Assembly: GCF_009914755.1 (NCBI RefSeq)
Contig: NC_060938.1
Source of the DNA: the human T2T-CHM13v2.0 reference genome, Homo sapiens
Strand: one strand, 5' to 3'
Length of the DNA stretch: 64,000 nt
The position numbers and the translations under genes are program-made. Shown piece by piece: positions 37,423-50,800 of the stretch. Numbering within the stretch: the first letter of the stretch is position 1; every line of letters starts with the position of its first letter. The notes beneath the pieces are model-generated. The model saw nothing but the letters and a program-made list of their open reading frames with translations. It was not told where the DNA came from and did no database searches.

Positions 37423-40400
37423 TTTTGTAGAATCTGCAAGTGGATATTTGGAGCCCTTTGCAGCCTACAGTGGAAAAGGAAACATCTTCACACAAAAACT
37501 ATACAGAAGCATTCTGAGAAACTTCTTTGTGATGTGTGCATTCATCTAACAGAGTTGAACTTTTGCTTTGATAGAGCAGTTTTGAAAAACTCTTTTTGTA
37601 GAAGCTGCAAGTGGAAATTTGGAGTAGTTTGAGGCCTCTTGTGGAAAAGGAAATATCTTCACATAAAAACTACACAGAAACATTCTGAGAAACTTATTTG
37701 CGATGTGTGCATTCCTCTCACAGAGTTGAACTTTTCTTTTTATTGGGCAGTTTTCAAAAACTTTTTGTAGTATCTCTAACTGGACATTTGGAGTGCATTG
37801 AGGACTATGGTGGAAAAGGATATATCTTCACATAAAATCTACACAGAAGCATTCTGAGAAACTTCTTTCTGATGTGTGCATTCAAATCACAGATTTGAAT
37901 CTATCTTTTGATTGCACAGTTTTCAAACTCTCTTTTTGTAGGATCTGCAAGTGGATATTTGGAGCCCTTTGTGGCCTCTGGTGGAAAAGGAAATATCTTC
38001 ACATAAAAACTACACAGAAGAATTCTGAGAAACTTCATTTTCATGTGTGCCTTAATCTCGGAGAGTTGAACTTTTCTTTTTCACCAAGCAGTTTTGAAAC
38101 AGTCTTTTTGTAGAATCTGCAAGTGGATATTTGGAGCCCCTTGAGGCCTACTGTGGAAAAGAAAATATCTTCACATAAAAACAACACAGATGCATTCTGA
38201 GAAACTTCTTTACAATGTATGCATTCATCTCACAGAGATCAACTTTCTTTTGGTTGAGCAATTTTGAAACACACTTTTTGTAGAATCTGCAAGTAGATAT
38301 TTGGAGTATGTTGAGGCCTATGGTGGAAAAGGAAATATCTTCACATAAAGCTACACAGAAGCATTCTGAGAAACTTCTTTGTGACATGGTCGTTCAACAC
38401 ACTGTGGTGAACATTTCTTTTGATTGAGCAGTTTTGAAACCCACTATTTGTAGAATCTGCAAGTGGATATTTTTAGTGCTTAGAGACCTATTGTGGAAAA
38501 AGAAATGTCTTCAAATAAAAACTACACAGAAGCATTCTGAGAAACTTCTTTGTGATTTGTGCATTCATCTCACAGACTTGTAAATTTCTTTTCATTGAAC
38601 AGTTTGGAAACACTCTTTTAGTAAAATCTACAAGTGGATACTCGGAGCACTTTGAGGCCTATTATAGAAATGGAAATATCTTCACATAAAAACTAAACAG
38701 AAGCATTCTGAGAAACTTCTTTGAGATGTGTGCATTGAACTCAGAGTTGTACCTATCTTTTGATAGAAGAGTTTTGAAACTTTATGTAGAATCTGCAAGT
38801 GAATATTTGGAGCCCTTTGTGGCCTATGGTGTAAAAGGAAATACCTTCACATAAAAACTACACAGAAGCTTTCTGAGAAACTTCTTTGTGATGTGTGCAT
38901 TCGTCTCAAAGAGACAAACCTTTAATTCGATTGAGCAGTTTTGAAACACTCTTTTTGTAGAATCTGCAAGTGGATATGTGGAACGCTTTGGAGAGAATGG
39001 TGGAAATGGAAATAACTTCATATAAAAACTACGGAGAAGCATTCTGATAAACGTCTTTGTGATGTGTGCATTCAACTCACAGAGTTGAACCTTTCTTTTG
39101 ATTGAGCAGTTTTGAATCCCTCTTTTTGTAGAATCTGCAAGTGGATATTTGGAGTGCTTTGGGGCCTATGGTAAAAAGGAAATATCTTCACATTAAAACT
39201 ATACAAAAGCACTCTGAGAAACTTCTATGTGATGTGTGCATACAATTCACAGTGTTGAACATCTCTTTTGATTGTGCAGTTTTGAAACACTCTTTATGTA
39301 GAATCTGCAAGTAGATATTCGGAGGGCTTCACAGAGTATAGTGGAAAAGGAAATAACTTTGCATAAAAGCTACACAGAAGCATTCTGAGAAACTTCTTTC
39401 TTATGCGTGCATTCAACTCACAGAATTGAACCTTTCTTTTGATTGAGCAGTTTTGAAACACTATTTTTGTAAAATCTACAAGTGTATATTGGGTGCAATT
39501 TGCATCCAATGGTGGAAAAGCAAATATCTTCACATAAAAACTAGACAGAAGCATTCTGAGAATCTTCTTTGTGATGTGTGCATTCACTTCACAGAGTTAT
39601 AACTTTTTTTATTGAGGACTTTTGAAACACTCTTTTTGTAGAATCTACAAGTGGGTGTTTGGAGCACTTTGTGGCCTATAGTGGAAAAGGATGTATATTC
39701 ACATAAAAACTAGACAGAAGCATTCTGAAAAACATCCTTGTGATGTGTGCATTCATCTCAAAGAGTTCAACCTTTCTTTTGATTGAGCACTTTTGAAATA
39801 CTTTTTGGAGAATCTGTAAGTGGATATTTGGAGGGCTTTGGGTCCTATGGTGGTAAAGGAAACATCTTCACATAAAAACTACACAGAAGCATTCTGAAAT
39901 ACCTCTTTGTGATGCTTGCATTCATCTCACATAGTTGAACCATTCTTTTTATTGAGCAGTTTTGAAACAATCTCCTTGTAGAATGTGAAAGTGGATATTT
40001 GGAACGCTTTGAGGAGTATGGTGGAAAATGAAAAATCTTCACATAAAAACTAGACAGAATTACTCTGAGAAACTTCCTTGTGATGTGCGCATTCATCTCA
40101 CAAATTTGAAAATTTCTTTTGATTGAGCAGTTTTGAAATGCTCTTTTTCTAGAATCTGCCAGTGGATATTTGGAGTGCTTTGAGTCCTATGGTGGAGAAG
40201 GAAATATCCTCACATAAAAACTAGAGAGAAGCATTCTGAGAAACTTCTTTCTGATGTGTGCATACATCTCACGGAGTTGAAACTTTCTATTGATTTAGCA
40301 TTTTTTATACACTTTTTGTAGGATCTGCAGTTGCTATTTGGAGCCCTTTGGGGCCAATGGTGGAAAAGTACTATCTTCTCATAAAAACTAGACAGAAGCA

Positions 40401-43400
40401 TTTTGACAAGCTTCTCTGTGATGTGTTCATTCATCTCACAGATTTGAACCATTCTTTTGATTCAGCAGTTTTGAAACACTCTTCGTAGAATCTGCAAGTG
40501 CATATTTAGATCGCTTTGAGACGTGTGGTGGAAAAGGAAATATCTTCACATAAACACTAGACAGAAGCATTCTGAGAAACGTCTTTGTGATGTGTCCATT
40601 CATTTCACAGACTTGAAACTTTCTTTTCATTGAGCAGTTTTGAAACACTCTTTTTATAGAATCTGCAAGTGGATATTTGGAGCACTTTGGAGAGAATGGT
40701 GGAAATGGAAATTATATAAAAACTACGGAGAAGCATTCTGAGAAACGGCATTGTTATGTGTGCCTTCAGCTCACAGAGTTCAACCTTTCTTTTGATTGAG
40801 CAGTTTTGATTCCCTTTTTTTGTAGAATCTGCAAGTGGATATTTGGAGAGTTTTAGGGCCTATGGTGGAAAAGGAAATATCTTCACATAAAAACTACACA
40901 AAAGCATTCTGAGAAACTTCTTTTTGATGTGTGCATACAACTCCCAGAGTTGAATCTTTCTTTTGATTGTGCAATTTTGAAACACTTCTTTTGTAGAATC
41001 TGCAAGTGGATATTCGGAGGGCTTTGCCGAGTATAGTGGAAAAGGAAATAACTTTGTATAAAAGGTAGACAGAAACATTCTGAGAAACTTCTTTGTGATG
41101 TGTGCATTCAACGTACAGAGTTGAACCTTTCTTTAGATCGGGCAGTTTTGAAACACTATTTTTGTAATATCTGCAAGTGGATATTTGGTGACCATTGCAG
41201 CCTATGGTGGAAAGGCAAATATCTTCACATAAAAACTAGACAGAAGCATTCTGAGAATCTTCTTTGTGATGTGTGCATTCATCTCACATAGTTCAACTTT
41301 TCTTTTGATTCAGCAGTTTGGAAACAGTATTTTTCTACAATCTGCAAAGGGATGCTTCTTAGCCGATTTAGGCCTATGGTGAATTAGGCCTAAATAGGTC
41401 TAAACTAGACAGAAGTATTCTGAGAAACTTCTCTGAGATGTATCCTTTCATCTCACAGAGTTGAACCTTACTTTTGATGGAGCAGTTTGGAGACAGTCTT
41501 TTTGTAGTATCTGCGGAGGGATATCTGAGAGCAGTTTAAGGCCTATGGTGAAAAAGGAAATATCTTCACATAAAAACTAGGCAGAAGCATTCTGAGAAAC
41601 TTCTTTGTGATGTATGCATTCAACTCAAGGAGGTGAAACTTTCTTTGGATTGAGCAGTTTGGAAATAGTCCTTTTGCAGAATCTGCAAAGGGATATTTCT
41701 CAGTCCATTGAGGCCTATGGTGAAATAGGAAATAACTTCTCATAAAAACCAGACAGAAGGTTTCTGAGAAACTTCTTTGAGATATGTGCTTTCATCTCAC
41801 AGAGCTGAACCTTTCTTTTGGTTCAGAAGTTTGGAAACAGTCTTTGTGTAGAATCTTCAAAGGGCTATTTTTGAGCACCTTCTGGACTATGGTGAAACAG
41901 AAAATATCTTCACATAAAAACTAGACAGAAGCTTTCTGAGAAACTTCTTTATGATGTGTTCTTTCATCTCACAGAGTTGTAACTTTCCTTTGATTGAGCA
42001 GTTTGGAAACACTCTTTATGGGGAATCTGCAAGTGGATATTTGGAGTCCTTTGTGGCCTATAGTGGAAAACGAAATATCTTCACATAAAAACTAGACAGA
42101 ATCATTCTGAGAAACTTATTTGTGATGTGCACATTCATCACAAAGAGTTGAACATTTCTTTCGATTCAGCAGTTTGGAAACAGTCCTTTTGTAGAATCTG
42201 TGAAGGGATATTTCTCAGCCCATTGATGCCTATGGATGAAATGGGAAATATTCTCACGTAAAAACTAGACAAAATTTCTGAGAAACTTCTTTATGATATG
42301 TGGTTTCATCTCACAGAGTTTAACCATTCTTTTGGTTGAGCAGTTTGGAAGCACATTTTTTGTAGAAACTGCAAGTGGATATTTGGAGCACATTGAGGCC
42401 TATGGTGGAAAACGGAATATTTTCACATAAAAATTAGACAGAAGCATTCTGAGAAACTACTTTGTGATGTGTGCATTCAACCCACAGAGTTGAACCTTTC
42501 TTTTGATTCAGCAGTTTTGAAACACTCTTTTTGTAAAATCTGACAGTGGATTTTTGGAGTGCTTTGAGGCTTACGGTGGAAAAGGAAATATCTTCACATA
42601 AATAGTACACAGAAGCATTCTGAGAAACTTCTTTGTGATGTGTGCATTTAACTCAAAGAGTGCAATCCTTCTTTTGATTGAGCAGTTTTGAAAGACTCCT
42701 TTTGTAGAATCTGCAAGTGGATATTTGGAGCGCTATGTGGCCTTAAGTGGAAAAGGCAATATCTTCACATAAAAACTAGACAACAGCATTCTGAGAAACT
42801 TCTTTGTCATGTTTGCATTCATCTCACAGAGTTGAAGCTTTCTTTTGATTGAGCAGGTTTGAAACACTCTTTTTGTAGAATCTCCAGTTGGATACTTGGA
42901 GCGTTTTGAGGCCTATGGTAGAAAAGTAAATATCTTCACGTGAAAACTACACAGAAGCATTCTGAGAAATTGGTTTGTGATGTGTGCATTCAACACACAG
43001 AGTTGAACCTTTCTTTTGATTTAGCAGTTTTGAAACACACTTTTTTTTGGATCTGCAAGTGGATATTTGGAGTGCTTTGTGGCCTAATGCGGAAAAGGAT
43101 ATATTTTCACATAAAAACTATGGAGAAGCATTCTGAGAAACTTCTTTGTGATGTGTGCATTCATCTCACAGAGTTCACCTTTCTTTTGATTGAGCAGTTT
43201 TCAACCACTCTTTTCGTAGAGTGTGCAAGTGGATATTTGGAGCACTTTGAGGCTTACGGTGGGAAAGGAAATATCTTCACATAAAAACTACAACGAAGCA
43301 TTCTGACAAAGTTCTTTGGGTTGTGTGTGTTCAACTCACAGAGTTGAGTCTTTCTTTTGATTGAGCAGTTTTGAAACACTCTTTTTTTAGAATCTGCAAG

Positions 43401-46400
43401 TGGATATTTCGAGTGCTTTGCAGCCTCTGTTGGAAAAGGAAATATCTTCACATAAAAAATAAACAGAAGCTTTCTGAGAAACTTCTTTGGGATGTGTGTC
43501 TTCATCTCACAGAGATGAAACTTTCTTTTGATTGTGAAGTTTTCAAACACTCTTTTTGTAGAATCTGCAAGTGGATATTTGGAGGCCTTTGTGGCCTACA
43601 GGGGAAAAGGAAATATCTTCACATAACAACCAGACAGAAGCATTCTGGGAACATTTTTGTGATGTGTGCATTCATCTCACAGAGTTGAACCTTTCTTTTG
43701 ATTGAGCTGTTTGGAAACAGTCTTTTATAGTATCTGCAGAGAGATATTTGTGAACATTTTGAGGACTTTGGTGAGAAAGGAAATATCTTCATATAAAACC
43801 TAGTCAGAAGATTCTGAGACACTTCTTTGTGATGTGTGCATTCAACTGACAGAGTTGAAACTTTGTTTTGATTGAGCAGTTTGTAAACAGTCCTTTTGTA
43901 GGATCTGCAAAGGGATATTTCTGGGCCCATTGAGACCTATGGTGAAAGAGGAAATATCTTCACTTAAAAACTAGACAGAAGCATTCTGAGAAACTTCTTA
44001 GTGATGTGTGCTTTCATCTCACAGGTTTGAACTTTCTTTTGATTGAGCAGTTTGGAAACAGTGTTTTTGTAGAATCTGCAAAGGATATTTTGAGCGCTTT
44101 GACGCCTATGGTGAAAAAGGACATATCTTCACATGAAATCTAAACAGAAGCTTTCTGAGAAACTTCTTTTTTATGAGTTCATACATCTCACAGAGGTGAA
44201 ACTTTCTTTTCATTGAGCAGTTTGGAAACAGTCTTTTTGTACAGTCTGCAAAGGAAATTTCTGCGAAGTTGGAGGCCTATGGTGAAAAAGAAATATCTTC
44301 AGATAAAATGTAGACAGAAGTTTTCTGAGAAAATTTTTTGTGATGTATCTATTCATCTCACGGAGTTGAATTTTTCTTTTGATGGAGCAGTGTGGAAACA
44401 GTCTTTTTGTAGTATCTGAAGAGGGATATGTGAGAGAAGTTTAAGGCCTGTGGTGAAAAAGGAAATATCTTCACATAAAAACAAGGTAGAAGCATTCTAA
44501 GAAACTTCTTTGTATTGTGTGCATTCATCTCAAAGACTTGAACCTGTATTTGGACTGAGCAGTTTGGAAACTGTCGTTTTGTAGAATCTGTGAAGGGATA
44601 TTTCTGAGCCCATTGAGGCCTATGGATGAAATAGGAAATATCTTCACATAAAAACTAGACAGAGGATTTCTGAGAAACTTCTTTGTCATATGTGGTTTCA
44701 TCTCACAGAGTTGAACCATTCTTTTGGTTGAGCAGTTAGGAAACAGTCTTTTTGTAGGATCTGCAAAGAGATATTTCTGTTCCCATTGATGCCTATGGTG
44801 AAAAAGGACATATCTTCACATAAAAACTAGACAGAAGCTTTCTGATAAACTTCTTAGTGATGTGTGCTTTCATGTCACAGATTTGAAACTTTCTTTTGAT
44901 TGAGCAGTTTGGAAACAGTCTTTTTGTAGAATCTGCAAATGGATATTTGGAGCGCTTTGAGGCCTATGGTGAAAAAGGAAATACCTTCACATGAAATATA
45001 AACAGAAGCTTTCTGAGAAACTTCTTTTTGATGCGTGCATACATCTCACAGAGTTGAATATTTCTTTTCATTGAGCAGTTTGGAAACAGTCTTTTTGTAC
45101 AATCTGGAATGGGATATTTCTGAGAAGTTGGAGGCCTATATCGAAAAAGAAATTATTGACCAGTTTTGAGATGCTCTTTTTGTACAGTCTGCAAGTGGAT
45201 ATTCATAGTGCTTTGAGGCCTATGGTGGAAAATGAAATATTTTCACAATAAAATTAGACAGAAGCGTTCTGTGATACTTCTTTGTGATATGTGCATTCAT
45301 CTCACAGAGTTGAAACATTCCTTTGATTGAGTAGTTTTGAAATACTCTTTTTGTAGAATCTGCAAGTGGATATTAGGAGCACTTTGTGGCCTATGGTGGA
45401 AAAGGAAATATCTTCACATAAAAACAAAAGAGAAGCATTCTTAGCTACTTCTTTGCTTTGTGTGCATTCATCTCACAGAGTTGAACCATTCCTTTGATAG
45501 AACAGTTTTGAATGTCCCTTTTTGTAGAATCTGCAAATGGATATTGGGAGCGCTTTGAGGCCTATGGTGGAAAAGGAAATATCTTCACATGAAAACTACA
45601 GAGAAGCAGTCTGAGAAACTTCTTTGTGATGTGTGCATTCAACTCAAAGTGTTCAACCTTTCTTTTGATTGAGCAGTTTTGAAACACTCTTTTTGTAAAA
45701 TCTGCCAGTGGATATTTGGAGCGCTTTGAGGCCTATAGTGGAAAAGGAAATATCTTCACATAAAGAGTAGACAGAAGCATTCTGAGAAACTTCTTTGTGA
45801 TGTGTGCATTCAACTCACAGAATGGAACCCTTCTTTTGATAGAGCAGTTTTGAAAGACTCCTTTTGTAGAACCTGCAATTGGATATTTGGAGTGCTATGT
45901 GGCCTTAAGTGGAAAAGGCAATATCTTCACATAAAAACTAGACAGAAGCATTCGGAGACATTTCTTTGTGATGTGTGCATTCATCTCTCAGAGTTGAAGC
46001 TTTCTTTTGATTGAGCAGTTTTGAAACACTCTTTTTGTAGAATCTGCAAGTGGATATTTGGAGCACTTTGCGGTCTATAGTGGAAAAGGAAATATCTTCA
46101 CATAAATATTTGTTGGAAGCATTCTAAGAAACTTCTTCTTGATGTGTGCATTCATCTCACAGAGTTGAACCTTTCTTTAGATTGAGCAGTTTTGAAACAC
46201 TCTTTTTGTAGTATCTGCAAAGGGATACCTGGAGTGGTTTGAGGTCTATGGTGTAAAAGGAAATATCTTCACCTAAAAACTAGAGAGAAGCATTCTGAAA
46301 AACTTCTTTGTGGTGTGTGCATTCATATCACTGTCTTGATCCATTCTTTTGGCTGAACAGTTTTGAAACAATCTTAGTGTAGAATCTGCAAGTGGATATT

Positions 46401-47800
46401 TGGAGCCCTTTAAGGCCTATTGTGGAAAAGGAAATGTCTTCACATAAAGACTAGACAGAAGCATACTGAGAAACTTCTTTATGATGTGTGCCTTCATCTC
46501 ACTGAGCTGAAACTTTCTTTTGATTGAGCAGTTTTGAAACACTCTTTTTATAGAGTGTGCTAGTGGATATTTGGAGCGCTTTGATGCTTATGGTGGAAAA
46601 GCAAACATATTCACATAAAAACTACAGAGAAGCATTCTGACAAAGTTCTTTGTGCTGTGTGTGTTCAACTCACAGAGTTGAACCTTTCTTTTGATTGAGC
46701 AGTTCTGAAACACTCTTTCTGTAGAATCTGCAAGTGAATATTTGGAGCACTCTATGGCCTCTGGTGGAAAAGGAAATATCTTCACATAAAATCTAGACAG
46801 AAGCATTCTGAGAAATTTCTTCATGATGTGTGCATTCATCTCACAGAGTTGAAACTTTTTTTTGATTGAGCAGTTTTGAAACACTCTTTTTGTAGAGTCT
46901 GTAAGTGGATATGTGGAGCACTTTGAGGCCATGATAGAAAAGGAAATATCTTCACATAAGAACTAGACAGAATCATTCTAAGATACTTTTTTGTGATGTG
47001 TACATTCAACTCACAGAGTTGAACATTTCTTTTGATTGAGCAGTTTTGAAACACTCTTTTTGTAGAATCAGCAGTTGGATATTTAGAGCGCTTTGAGGCC
47101 TATGGTGGAAAAAGAAATATCTTCACATAAAAACTAGACAGAAGCATTCGGAGAAATTTCTTTGGGATGTGTGCATTCATCTCACAGAGTTGAACCATTC
47201 TTTTCATTGAGCAGTTTTGAAACACTCTTTGTAGAACCTGCAAGTGGATATTTGGATCTCTTTGAGGCATACAGTGGAAAAGAATATATCTTCCCTTAAA
47301 AACTAGCCAGAAGCATTCTGAGAAACTTCTTTGTGATGCGTGTATTCAACTCACAGAGTTCAACCTTTATTCTGATTGGGCAGTTTTGAAACACACTTTT
47401 TGTAGAATCTGCAATTGGATATTTGGATCGCTTTGTGGCCTCTTGTGGAAAAGGAAATATCTTCATATAAAAACTACAGGGAATCATTTTGAGAAACTCC
47501 TTTGTGATTTGTGCTTTCAGCTCGCAGAGTTGAAACTTTCTTTTGATTGAGCAGTTTTGAAACACTCTTTTTGTAGAATCTGCAAGTGGATATTTAGAGT
47601 GCTTTGACGCCTATGGTGGAAAAGGAAATATCTGCACATGAAAACTAGACAGAAGCATTCTGAGAAACTTCTTTGTGTTGTGTGCATTCATCTCACAGAG
47701 TTGAACTTACTTTTTGTTGAGCAGTTTGGAAACACTCTTTTTGTAGAGTCTGCCATTGGATATTTGGAGCGCTGTGAATCCTATGGTGGAAAAGGACATA
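37423..47800 (+). repeat. Monomeric alpha satellite, mosaic of layers
   Basis: ctacacag-type grades to ctagacag-type at ~39.5 kb. Blocks of 'aaacagtc...aaagggatatttctgagccc...ggtgaaa' monomers are intercalated at ~41.3-42.35 kb and ~43.7-45.15 kb. Confidence 0.95.
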
Positions 47801-50800
47801 TCTTCACATAAGAACTATAAAGCAGGTTTTCTAAAAACAAACTTGTGATGTGTGCATTCATCTCACAGAGGTTAGTGTTTCTTTTCTCCTATCAGTCTGG
47901 AAACTCTGTTCTTGTACAATCTCAAAGTGGGTATTTTTGAGCACTTTGAGGCCTATTGTGACAAAGGAAATATCTTCACATTCAAAGTTTAAAGAAAGTT
48001 TCTGAGATACTTCTTTGTGATATGTGTATTCATCTCACAGATTTGAACGTCTCTTTTAATTTAGCCCTTTGGAAACAGTCTTTTTGAAGAATCTGCAAAC
48101 GGATATATGTGAGCACCTTGAGGCCTATGCAGGAAAAGAAGTATCTTCACAGAAAACTATAAAGAAGGTTTCTGAGAAACTGCTTTGTGATGTCTGCATT
48201 CATCTCACAGAGGTAAACAATTATTTTCTTCGATCAGTTCTGAAACTCTGTTCTTGTAGGATCTGCTAAGGGACATTTTTGAGTGCCTAGAGCCCTATGG
48301 TGAAAAAGATATTGTCTTCACATAAAAACTAGACAGAAGCCTACTGAGAAACTTCTTGGTAATGTGTGCATTCATCTCACAGAATTGTAACTTTCCTTTG
48401 ATTAAACAGTTTAGAAACGTCTTTTTGTGGAATCTGTAAAGGGATATTTCTGATCACTTTGAGGCCTATGGTGAAACAGAAAGTATCTTCACATAAAAAC
48501 TGACTAAAGATTTCTGAGAAACTGCTTTGTGATGTATGCATTCATCTCACAGAGTTCAACAATTCTTTTGATGGAGCAGTTGGGAAACCGCCTTTTTGTA
48601 GAATCTGCAAAGGGATATTTGTGAGCACTTTGAGGTCTATGGTTAAAAGGAAATATCTTCACATAAAAACTATAAAGAACGTTTGTGAGAAACTTCTTTA
48701 TGATGTGTGCATTCATCTCACAGAGTTGAACCATTCCTTTGACTCAGCAGTTTGGAAACAGTCTTTTTTTAGGATCTGCAAAGGGATATATTTGAGCACT
48801 TTAAGGCCCATGGTGAAAAAGGAAACACTTTCACATAAAAACAAGATAGATGCTTTCTGAGAATCATCTTTTTGATATTTGCATTTATCCCACAGAGGTG
48901 AGCCTTTCTTTTGATGAGCATTTTGGAAGCAGTATTTGGTAGAATTTCCAAGGGTTATTAGTTAGTGTTTTGTGTCCTATGTTGGAAAAGGAATTATTTT
49001 TACATAAAAACTAGACAGAATAATTCTGAGAAACTGCCTTGTGATGTGTGCTTTCATCTCACAGAAGTAACCATTTCTTTTCATTGAACAGATTGGAAAT
49101 TCTGTTCTTGTAAAATCTGCAAAGGGATATTTGTCAGCACTTTGAGGCCTATGGTGAAAAAGGAATTATATTCACATAAAAACTAGATGGAAGCTTTCTG
49201 TGAAACATCTTGGAGATACAAGAATTCATCTCACAGAGTTGAAACATTCTTTTGATTGGGCAGTTTGTAAACAGTATTTTGGTAGAATCTGCAAATGGAT
49301 ATTTGTGATGCTTTGAAACATATGGTGAAAACGAAATATTTTCACATGAAAACTAGAGAGAAGCTTTCTGAGAAACCTCCTTGTGATGTGTGCATTCATC
49401 TCACAGATTTGAAACTTTCTTTGGATTGAGCAATTTGGAAACAGTATTTTTGTAGAATCTGTAAGGGCATATCTGTGAGTGGTATGAGGCCTATGATGAA
49501 ATAGGAAATATCTTCACATAAAAACTAGACAGAAGCTTTCCGAGAAACTTCTTTGTGATGTGTGCATTCATCTCATAGAGTTCAACCATTCTTTTGATTG
49601 AACAGTTTGGAAACAGTCTTTTTGTAGAATCTGCAAAGGGATATTTATGAGTGCTTTGAGGCCTATGGGGAAAAAGGAAATGTATTCACATAAAAAGTAT
49701 AAACAAGGTTTCTCAGAAACAGCTTTATGATGTATGCATTCATCTCACAGAAGTAAACGTTTCTTTTCTCTGATCTGTCTGGAAACTGTACTTGTAGATT
49801 CTGCAAAGGGATAATTGTGAGTGCTTTGAGGCCTATGGTGAAAAAGGAAATATCTTCACATAAAAATTAGAGAGAGGCTTTCTGAGAAACCTCTTTGTGA
49901 TGTGGACATTCATCTCACAAAGTTGAAACTTACTTTTGATTGAGCAGTATGGAAACCGTCAGTGGAATCTGCAAAGGGATATTTATGAGAGCTTTGAGGC
50001 CAATGGTGAAAGAGGAAATATATTCATATAAAAGGTATAAAGAAGGTTTCTTAGAAACAGCTTTGTGGTGTGTGCATTGATCTCAGAGAGGTAAACGTTT
50101 ATTTTCTGTGATCAGTCGGGAAACTCTGTTCTTGTAGAATCTGCAAAGGGATATTTGTGATTGCTTTGAGGCCTATGGTGAAAAAGGAAATATCTTCACA
50201 TAAAAACTAGACAGAAGCTTTCTTAGTGGCTTCTTTGTGATGTGTGCAATCATCTCACAGAGTTGAACCATTCTTTTGATTGAGCAGTCTGGAAAGAGTG
50301 TTTTTATAGAATCTTCAAGGGATATTTGTCACGACTTGGAGTGCTATGGTGAAAAAGGAAATATCTTCACATAAAAAAATGGACAGAAGATTTCTGAGAA
50401 ACCTCTTTGAGATGTGTGCATCCATCTCACAGAGTTTAACCATTTATTTGATTGAGCACTTTGGAAACAATCTTTTTGTAGAATCTGCAAAGGGATATTT
50501 TTGAGCACTTTGAGTCCTAGGGAGAAAAAAGAAATATCATCACATAAAAAGTATAAAGAAGGCTTCTGAGAAACAGTTTTGTGATGTGTGCATTCAACTC
50601 ACAGAGAAAAACATTTGTTTTCTTTGATCAGTCTGGAAATTCTGTTCTTGTAGCATCTGCTAAGGGATAATTGTGAGCAGATGGAGGCCTATGGTGAAAA
50701 AGGAAATGTCTTCATATAAAAGTTAGACAGAAGCCTCCTGCGAAACTTCTTAGTGATTTGTGTATTCATCTCAGAGTTGAAACTTTCTATTCATTGAGCC

